Shown piece by piece: positions 9,132-14,952 of a stretch of 24,646 nt of DNA. Positions within the stretch are counted from its first letter, which is position 1. Each line of letters starts with the position of its first letter. A model generated the notes under the pieces. The model ran no database searches, was not told where the DNA came from, and was given only the letters and a program-made list of their open reading frames with translations. The position numbers and the translations under genes were made by a program. This DNA comes from a virus (taxonomy: Duplodnaviria; Caudoviricetes). Location of the stretch: IMG/VR virus record IMGVR_UViG_3300021197_000899, positions 1 to 24,646 of that record; one strand, 5' to 3'.

Positions 9132-10133
9132 CTAATTTGAACTAATGTGTTGATGATTATTGTAATGTTTAACGAATTTTTGAGCTACTTTAAATGCTTT
9201 AACATTATAATCATAACCTGCACCAAACTGTGTAGTTCTTACCCAGTCTTTGTATTGTTTGTCATGTGTATAATATTGTGTAACAGCATTATAAGCGTCC
9301 CAAAGTGTTTTACCTTTATTACCCATACCATTATGAAAGTTATCTTTTATCTTATTATATACAGGTAACGCAGTGTTGCGTACAAATATATCTAATTTTG
9401 GATTAGATTCTTTGTTTCTGTCTTTTAAGAATGGTATAACTGTTTCAAGGTATAGGTCTAATGAGTCTTCACCTATTTCTATTTCGTTGAAATTGTTCAT
9501 GTCAACAATAGCAGCGTTAAAATCACCGTTAGATTTTGTTATTATATCTGTAAGGTTTTTTACTCGTTCTTTAATACTACTAGTATGTTTTAATGAATAA
9601 TTCCACTTAGCTTGTTTTGACAATGCTAATTCAATAGTATTATAACATACAACACGAACACCTGTAGGTCTAAAGACGCTACCAGCTGAACCATCGTGTG
9701 ATGTATATAGTAATACATATTGTTCTATAGCATCATCGCTACCAACTGTGTATTTTTCTGGTGATTTAGCAAGCACCCATACTTTTCTTCCATCTTGAAC
9801 ACTACCAGCTGTTTCTAGTTTGAAACCCATATCTAGTAATGGTTCAAATGGAGCAAAAGCTTCTTCGTTTTGTAAAACACCATATCTTTCAGATACACCT
9901 TTACCTAATACCTGACCAGTATCTGCTCTATATGTGCAGTATCCTCCAGTAGGCATTGCTTGAGTGTGTATATTATTATCAAAATAATATGTTTTACGTT
10001 TATTTACTTTCCAACCTAGTTTAGCATGATATAATGCTTCTTCTATTGTTGGTGCTTCTTGTACTTTAGTACCTTGTTTATGCCAAGGTGTTTCTCCAAC
10101 GTACACCATGTTATCTATAAATGCTGGACTCAT
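9132..10133 (-). CDS. DUF932 (TIGR03299-like) phage/plasmid protein
   Basis: ETPWH..G, VSERYGVLQN, ETAGS..GRKVW, SHDGS, VRVVCYNT and TLWDAYNAVT motifs. Confidence 0.85.
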   Translation of the reverse strand: MSPAFIDNMVYVGETPWHKQGTKVQEAPTIEEALYHAKLGWKVNKRKTYYFDNNIHTQAMPTGGYCTYRADTGQVLGKGVSERYGVLQNEEAFAPFEPLLDMGFKLETAGSVQDGRKVWVLAKSPEKYTVGSDDAIEQYVLLYTSHDGSAGSVFRPTGVRVVCYNTIELALSKQAKWNYSLKHTSSIKERVKNLTDIITKSNGDFNAAIVDMNNFNEIEIGEDSLDLYLETVIPFLKDRNKESNPKLDIFVRNTALPVYNKIKDNFHNGMGNKGKTLWDAYNAVTQYYTHDKQYKDWVRTTQFGAGYDYNVKAFKVAQKFVKHYNNHQHISSN

Positions 10134-10261
10134 ATGTTTTCCCTTTCTAGTGGTAAGTTATTGTAACAATCTAAACAAACTAAATTTTCCTGTACATTAT
10201 TTTCAAATTCTGCAGGAATATATACTTTGTTTACATGGTCACAGTTTTTTTGTTTCTCCAT
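10130..10261 (-). CDS. Small putative Zn-binding protein (43 aa, not in ORF track)
   Basis: MEKQKNCDHVNKVYIPAEFENNVQENLVCLDCYNNLPLERENI; CxH and CxxC; ATGA overlap with the DUF932 start. Confidence 0.65.
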   Translation of the reverse strand: MEKQKNCDHVNKVYIPAEFENNVQENLVCLDCYNNLPLERENI

Positions 10262-10436
10262 AGGTTTTTCTTCCTTTGATTTTTGCTTTAGCTTTTAAAT
10301 GAAATAATTCTGATTGTAATACATCAGCTTTTTCCATAGGAACTTGTTCTAATCCAAGTATTATTGTATCTACTTCGTCTAGTGTTAACATTATTCCAAA
10401 CTGCAATCTACCCTTATCATTTAGTTTAAGATACAT
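10239..10436 (-). CDS. Hypothetical protein
   Basis: 65 aa; GGGAG RBS. Confidence 0.7.
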   Translation of the reverse strand: MYLKLNDKGRLQFGIMLTLDEVDTIILGLEQVPMEKADVLQSELFHLKAKAKIKGRKTYGETKKL

Positions 10437-10566
10437 TATCTAAAACTCCCATGTGATAATCAATAGCTTTTGATAACTCTTTAGCTTTAGTTATATACAA
10501 TGGTTTAGCTGTACCAAGTTGGTCAAGAAACTCTTGTATATCTTTAAGTAGTTCTTTAGTTGTCAT
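10426..10566 (-). CDS. Small hypothetical protein (46 aa, not in ORF track)
   Basis: MTTKELLKDIQEFLDQLGTAKPLYITKAKELSKAIDYHMGVLDNVS; AAGGAG RBS; fills the gap. Confidence 0.7.
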   Translation of the reverse strand: MTTKELLKDIQEFLDQLGTAKPLYITKAKELSKAIDYHMGVLDNVS

Positions 10567-10855
10567 TTTTTTTCTCCTTTTGTTGTTCTGTAATATGTTG
10601 TTTTATTATTACTTCTGTGACACCAAATCTATCCATACCTTCGAGACAATCTCGTAATTGTATTTCTGTTTGATTTTTGTGTGTTATTGTTGTAGCTCCA
10701 TCAACTAGTACTTCTATGTCGTAACGTTGTTTATTACTAACAACATTACCAACTTTACTAGTTGCTGTGCCTACAAATCGCAACACATTGTTTAAACCAA
10801 AAGCAAGATAACCCAATGTTTTACTTAATTGACCAAATAATGCTAGTTTATTCAT
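10556..10855 (-). CDS. Hypothetical protein with amphipathic N-terminus
   Basis: 99 aa; AGGAGG RBS; ATGA coupling. Confidence 0.7.
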   Translation of the reverse strand: MNKLALFGQLSKTLGYLAFGLNNVLRFVGTATSKVGNVVSNKQRYDIEVLVDGATTITHKNQTEIQLRDCLEGMDRFGVTEVIIKQHITEQQKEKKNDN

Positions 10856-11145
10856 TTATGTTCGCCTCCTTCTAACCATCTATCAATATGGTTACTTTCT
10901 AAGTCTCTTAGTTTATTTTGTATTTCAATTGCACTACATTCTTCTTTAGTTAATTCGTATCTGAATGGGGCTGCTTGCATTTGCATACGCATAGTTTTAC
11001 CTGTTTCATAAGCATCTTCAAAGCATTGTGGACAATACACAACATCGTGACTTTTAGTTATATACTCTTCAGTTATTGAATCTAATTCTACATAACTAGT
11101 TTCAATCATTTCTGGTTTAACGTCTGGATGTATCATACATCTCAT
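10852..11145 (-). CDS. Zn-finger-like early protein
   Basis: Start moved to MRCMIHP (11145) behind GGAGG; CxxH and CPQC motifs. Confidence 0.7.
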   Translation of the reverse strand: MRCMIHPDVKPEMIETSYVELDSITEEYITKSHDVVYCPQCFEDAYETGKTMRMQMQAAPFRYELTKEECSAIEIQNKLRDLESNHIDRWLEGGEHK

Positions 11146-11175
11146 AATTACCTCCGTTTGTTTTAATATTAGAAA

Positions 11176-11232
11176 TAAAGGAAGCAGTTTATGTACCAAA
11201 GGAAGATGAATATTATAATTACTTCCTTTATT
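11176..11232 (-). other. Stem-closed RNA module ahead of an RBS
   Basis: AATAAAGGAAG / CTTCCTTTATT 11-bp perfect stem, extended by U-G on the minus strand. Confidence 0.6.
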
Positions 11233-11269
11233 CCTGTTATAATTTAATTTATTCCTAAGAGAATTACTA

Positions 11270-11407
11270 TTAGTTTTTCTTTTCTTGTTCTATTATCCTT
11301 CCGTCTTCAAATATCCAAACACCTAATTTTTTGAATCGTTCAAAGTCTTCAGGATGACCTCCATGACAATTGCACATTATTGCAAAATCTTGTTCTGTTA
11401 TTATCAT
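11270..11407 (-). CDS. Small hypothetical protein (45 aa, not in ORF track)
   Basis: MIITEQDFAIMCNCHGGHPEDFERFKKLGVWIFEDGRIIEQEKKN; AAGGAG RBS. Confidence 0.7.
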   Translation of the reverse strand: MIITEQDFAIMCNCHGGHPEDFERFKKLGVWIFEDGRIIEQEKKN

Positions 11408-11440
11408 TTGTTACTCCTTGTTTTTGTTTGTTTAATTTTT

Positions 11441-12512
11441 AGAGGTTATACACAACCCTGACACGCTTCCCCTACTGACACTTGTTGCAAACTCGTGGTA
11501 GGTTTATCGCATGCCTTGTACTCTACTATACTACTATAAGATGTATAGTTTCTTCCAATGGTGGCTGATGTCATGACGTTAACGAATGTTAATGTGCATA
11601 ACCTCTTATATTGTTGGTGTTAACATTAATGGACGTCTCTGCTTACTATTAATTAAGCGGTTAACACCATATTTATGTGAGAGTTAGCCCCTAAGAGTGC
11701 TACACTCTTTAACCGCGTATGTTTATAGTCTGACAGACCTATCGTCATAGGAACGGTTTACTGCCCAGCATTTTCACAGAGTTATGACAGTTAGATATAG
11801 TCAATTTTACCTTCTCTGTTCATCGGTGACTCTCACAATTTAAAGCCCTCCTACTTATCAACTTACCTGCGGAATGATAACCAATATGAAAGGAGCTATA
11901 GTAAGGATTTGTTTCAAAGGGCTTTTAATATTTTATGATGTGTGGTTTCTCGGTCTATTTTCACTCACATAGTTTTTTTATACTAGACTCATCATAGGTC
12001 GTTGAAAATAAAGGTCACTCCCATCGTATTAGTGACATCAGTTGCAACTTGGGAACTATATTTCAACGTAAATAAAATTTGCTCTGTTTGTTGCCAAGGT
12101 ACAGAGCAAACCTTGTTTAATTAGACATTTAGTTCCTCTAATTATGGAACATCTACGCTGTCTGATTGATTAGTTAATTAGTCTAATCCAAGATTGATAA
12201 TTACGCTTTCGAATGACTCTGCTGTTTCTTTTAGATTATACAGATTATGGTACCTAAAACAGGCATGAAAGCAGGGTAATTATGATTGCTTGCGACAGTT
12301 GATTTAAGAGGGGACATGTTTGTATTAACTACCAACACATTCTCTTAATCTATAAATAAAGGAAACTGTAAAAACTTGTTTAAAAAGTAGCTTGTTTATT
12401 GTGGTTCCGTTTTTTGTGAGCTTTTTTGCGAGCTAAAAGTAAAGAGTGACTGAAGGATGAAGGAACACATTTAGCACAATAATGTGGTGCCAATTACTGA
12501 CACCACACTATT
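11441..12512 (-). ncRNA. Array of about 11 tandem, sequence-distinct, stem-closed structured RNA modules (function unknown)
   Basis: Closing stems at 11441-11606, 11615-11669, 11676-11837, 11842-11925, 11934-11996, 12000-12068, 12078-12110, 12120-12187, 12197-12283, 12301-12350 and 12478-12512; no ORF of 60 aa or more. Confidence 0.65.
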
Positions 12513-12536
12513 TTTATTGTGAACTGATAAGGTTAT

Positions 12537-12878
12537 TTACTCTTCAGTAGACACTACCATATATCTTAGAGTATCATTTTTACAATGATGTACTGTGCCC
12601 TCTGCAAGCATAAACTTAGCTTTGGTTAATATATCAGTAGTTTCTACGAACTCGTCTTCACATGTCTCAATGTCTTTGATGAACATATTTACAATAAATC
12701 CCTCATCAATTACATCTTTTATGTCGTCCATTTGTATTGCTGTATCCTGCCATACTCCGTTAGTATTAACAGATTTATTAAACCAAATACGTTTACTGGC
12801 TCGCTTTTCATTGCGTGTTTCAACGACTTTCTCGATTGATTTCCAGTAACTCTGTAGAACTTTTGACAATTTACTCAT
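12537..12878 (-). CDS. Hypothetical early protein
   Basis: 113 aa; AAGGAAG RBS; preceded by the TTAATCCTTTATCT motif. Confidence 0.75.
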   Translation of the reverse strand: MSKLSKVLQSYWKSIEKVVETRNEKRASKRIWFNKSVNTNGVWQDTAIQMDDIKDVIDEGFIVNMFIKDIETCEDEFVETTDILTKAKFMLAEGTVHHCKNDTLRYMVVSTEE

Positions 12879-12922
12879 AGTATCTTCCTTATTTTGATTA
12901 TGATGTTTAAAATAAACACCAG

Positions 12923-12936
12923 AGATAAAGGATTAA
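12923..12936 (-). promoter_or_regulatory. Early-region repeated motif TTAATCCTTTATCT, copy 1
   Basis: Exact 14-mer also present at 13350-13363 and 13907-13920. Confidence 0.7.
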
Positions 12937-12948
12937 GTTAATAATAGT

Positions 12949-13114
12949 AAAAGAGCAACGAAGTTGCACATTTAGTAAAATTGCTTGGTGCTTGTTTATA
13001 ATCCCCCTCCCTCTTTTTGTTAATTGTTAGTGTATATATAGGATTTTTTTAAGGGTAGAAAGTTGGCTGATTGCATACCGCCCTGTCGTCACAGTATTAA
13101 TTATCTACCCTTAA
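12949..13114 (-). ncRNA. Two further stem-closed RNA modules
   Basis: AAAAGAG/CTCTTTT with inner GCAAC/GTTGC (about 12949-13018); TTAAGGGTAGA/TCTACCCTTAA 11-bp stem (13049-13114) with inner CTGT-GACG-ACAG. Confidence 0.5.
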
Positions 13115-13121
13115 TTTTATG

Positions 13122-13316
13122 TTAAAATAAGATGTTTATCTTTTCTTTTAAATCTTCTAAACCTTTAATCTTACCATTAAGATGTTTAACATCATTCCTA
13201 TAATCTTCGTTATCAAGATAATTAGGTAGGTTTTCTATTGTTGTTATATTTTTACTTAATTCGTAAATACTATTATTTATTAATTTTAGCACCATTTCTA
13301 TGTTTAATGCTTTCAT
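13122..13316 (-). CDS. Hypothetical early helical protein
   Basis: Start moved to MKALNIE (13316) behind ATGGAG. Confidence 0.7.
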   Translation of the reverse strand: MKALNIEMVLKLINNSIYELSKNITTIENLPNYLDNEDYRNDVKHLNGKIKGLEDLKEKINILF

Positions 13317-13349
13317 ATTATACTCCATTGTTGTTATTAAAAATATTAT

Positions 13350-13385
13350 AGATAAAGGATTAATGGGGGCATTTGCATACCCCCA
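13350..13385 (-). promoter_or_regulatory. GCAA-tetraloop hairpin directly followed by motif copy 2
   Basis: Minus strand TGGGGGTAT-GCAA-ATGCCCCCA then TTAATCCTTTATCT. Confidence 0.65.
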
Positions 13386-13390
13386 CATCA

Positions 13391-13633
13391 TTAGTCTTGC
13401 ATTTTATTGAACTTTTCAGCCTCTTTTAATTTGGCTTTTAAGTTCCATATTTCATCATTCTTTTTTTGTAAGTTACTTACATATTGTCTACATAATCTGT
13501 TGTATTGACTACATTTATGTTCAAGTTCCTTGATACGTTTATTATTCTGTTTTTTTAAAGCTCTCAATGTTTTGATTTCTTCATCTTTGAACATTATTGG
13601 TGTTGCCAATATATCTCTGTTGTCTTTTTCCAT
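13391..13633 (-). CDS. Hypothetical coiled-coil early protein
   Basis: 80 aa with heptad-like pattern; ATGGAG RBS. Confidence 0.7.
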   Translation of the reverse strand: MEKDNRDILATPIMFKDEEIKTLRALKKQNNKRIKELEHKCSQYNRLCRQYVSNLQKKNDEIWNLKAKLKEAEKFNKMQD

Positions 13634-13656
13634 TATTTACACTCCATTGTTATTAA

Positions 13657-13706
13657 AAAAGTTTGCCCTGCAACCTAATTATAGGGAATTTTACGCAGGG
13701 ACTTTT
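13657..13706 (-). other. Intergenic stem-loop module
   Basis: Minus strand AAAAGT-CCCTGC...GCAGGG-CAA-ACTTTT; could also act as a terminator. Confidence 0.5.
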
Positions 13707-13710
13707 GGTA

Positions 13711-13884
13711 TTATTGAGTAAACTCTACAGATTGTATAGCACTGTTCTGTGCAAATCTATGAGTTGCCTCATCACGAGCAAGTTCTTTAGTATTGAACCT
13801 GTCTCTGTTTATTAACTCAACGGAGCCTGAGTTTAAATCTTGAAATTCGTAGTACAAGCTCCGTTCACTAATACATACTATCAT
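13711..13884 (-). CDS. Small hypothetical early protein (57 aa, not in ORF track)
   Basis: MIVCISERSLYYEFQDLNSGSVELINRDRFNTKELARDEATHRFAQNSAIQSVEFTQ; GAGGT RBS; motif copy 3 upstream. Confidence 0.7.
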   Translation of the reverse strand: MIVCISERSLYYEFQDLNSGSVELINRDRFNTKELARDEATHRFAQNSAIQSVEFTQ

Positions 13885-13906
13885 ATATACCTCTATATTT
13901 ATTTAT

Positions 13907-13920
13907 AGATAAAGGATTAA
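13907..13920 (-). promoter_or_regulatory. Early-region repeated motif, copy 3
   Basis: Shares 18 nt (agataaaggattaagtta) with copy 1. Confidence 0.7.
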
Positions 13921-13924
13921 GTTA

Positions 13925-14016
13925 TATTAGGGATAGTACTCAATTTGGTAGGTACTACTCGGTACACGCTGATGGTGAGTAGATTACTGCGTGACCTCCA
14001 ATGCCTACCCCTAATA
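13925..14016 (-). ncRNA. 92-nt stem-closed RNA with predicted internal H-type pseudoknot
   Basis: 12-bp closing stem (1 G-U); TTGG-AGGT/ACCT-A-CCAA; CACGC/GCGTG crossed by CTACTC/GAGTAG. Confidence 0.6.
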
Positions 14017-14086
14017 CGATATACGATATGTAAACTTTTTACACTCCAATTGATGTAAAACTAAACATATCTAGGATAAAATCTTT

Positions 14087-14105
14087 GGGGGGATTTGCAC
14101 CCCCC
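14087..14105 (-). other. GC-rich GCAA-tetraloop hairpin
   Basis: Minus strand GGGGGGT-GCAA-ATCCCCCC just after the stop of the first early gene; no immediate U tail. Confidence 0.6.
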
Positions 14106-14117
14106 TAGTATTATGTA

Positions 14118-14306
14118 CTATGCGTCACAAGCAGGACATCCGTCATGATGACCATGTAACTCTTCAGTACACATTTCACGCTTACCAATATTAACAACTG
14201 TTTCAACTCCAGCTGATGCATATGTGTAAGCTACTTTTGCACCAGCACAAAGTATAACACCTGTGCCTACAAAGAAATAACCAGTATTTTGTAAGTATTT
14301 ATTCAT
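14118..14306 (-). CDS. First early gene: small protein with hydrophobic segment and His/Cys-rich C-terminus
   Basis: ATG at 14306 lies 10 nt after AGGAG; YFFVGTGVILCAGA segment; HGHHDGCPAC tail. Confidence 0.65.
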   Translation of the reverse strand: MNKYLQNTGYFFVGTGVILCAGAKVAYTYASAGVETVVNIGKREMCTEELHGHHDGCPACDA

Positions 14307-14344
14307 TGATTTCAATCTCCTAAGTTAAGTTAACTAAATACCAG

Positions 14345-14358
14345 AGATTTAGGATTAC
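14345..14358 (-). promoter_or_regulatory. Degenerate early motif copy (GTAATCCTAAATCT)
   Basis: 11/14 match, and shares the flanking CTGGT with copy 1. Confidence 0.55.
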
Positions 14359-14498
14359 TCTAACAATATGTAAGGATTATATAATACCCACCACACGTAC
14401 ATATGGGGGAATACCTGTGCGACTGCGGCTGTCTGTGTGCAGACAGGGGGTCGCCAGATGTATGGTAAGGGAGGGGTTAATAAAGGGTGAGTGTAACG

Positions 14499-14533
14499 AA
14501 CTCAACCTAACTCGATGTTTCAACTCAACCTAA
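14499..14533. repeat. Direct repeat AACTCAACCTAA x2 in the divergent intergenic region
   Basis: Copies at 14499-14510 and 14522-14533, followed by further CAACCC units. Confidence 0.7.
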
Positions 14534-14619
14534 TTCAACCCCACAACCCTTAATGTAAGGGGGTAGGGTAACCTATATACCTCTCACACACATTCTAAAG
14601 TATATTTCTACAAGAGTAG

Positions 14620-14646
14620 TGGAACATATTATTAAACTTTTAGTTT
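14620..14646 (+). promoter_or_regulatory. Candidate late promoter GGAAC-N17-GTTT
   Basis: tggaacatattattaaacttttagttt resembles 17536-17563. Confidence 0.45.
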
Positions 14647-14682
14647 GAATTAACATAATGTTTAACTTTAACTTAAAAGGAC

Positions 14683-14883
14683 ATGAGCAATAAAAAACGA
14701 ATTTACGAAGTATTTAACACAACTACAGGCAAATGGGAAGAATCTACTATGTCTGAAGCTAACTATCAGACTCTTTTAGATAGAATGGACTCTAGTGCAG
14801 AAGAGCTAGAAGCTGAATTTAAGATTATATCCAAAATTATTGAACAGAAGCAAGGATATAAGTCTGATGAGAGTATGGATTAA
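14683..14883 (+). CDS. Hypothetical protein, first gene of the late block
   Basis: 66 aa; AAAGGA RBS. Confidence 0.7.
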   Translation: MSNKKRIYEVFNTTTGKWEESTMSEANYQTLLDRMDSSAEELEAEFKIISKIIEQKQGYKSDESMD

Positions 14884-14903
14884 AGTATATAGTTATATAT
14901 ATA

Positions 14904-14946
14904 AGTTACTTATATAGTAACAGTTACTATATAGTAACAGTTACTA
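14904..14946. repeat. Tandem palindromic repeat (TATATAGTAACAGTTAC x2)
   Basis: Exact 17-mers at 14911-14927 and 14928-14944, plus a partial copy upstream. Confidence 0.85.
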
Positions 14947-14952
14947 GAGATT

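Noticed and set aside
11883-11892. Antisense match of a module (CTTTCATATT) to the start of the 13316 gene
   Set aside because: Only 10 AT-rich nt, which is plausible by chance in this genome.
11934-11996. Hammerhead ribozyme (ATGATGA-GTCTA..TAGAC-CGA-GAAAC on the minus strand)
   Set aside because: C3 is missing, three extra nt precede GAAA, and no stem III or UH site forms.
12000-12068. Twister ribozyme (TCCCAAG, TAA and GGGA elements)
   Set aside because: The order of elements fits no twister permutation and the P2 helix is absent.
11441-12512. CRISPR array, TIGR array or tRNA cluster
   Set aside because: No recurring direct repeat, no constant unit length, no consistent box C/D pairs, no Cas or Nop-domain gene recognised, and no cloverleaf with a TTC T-loop.
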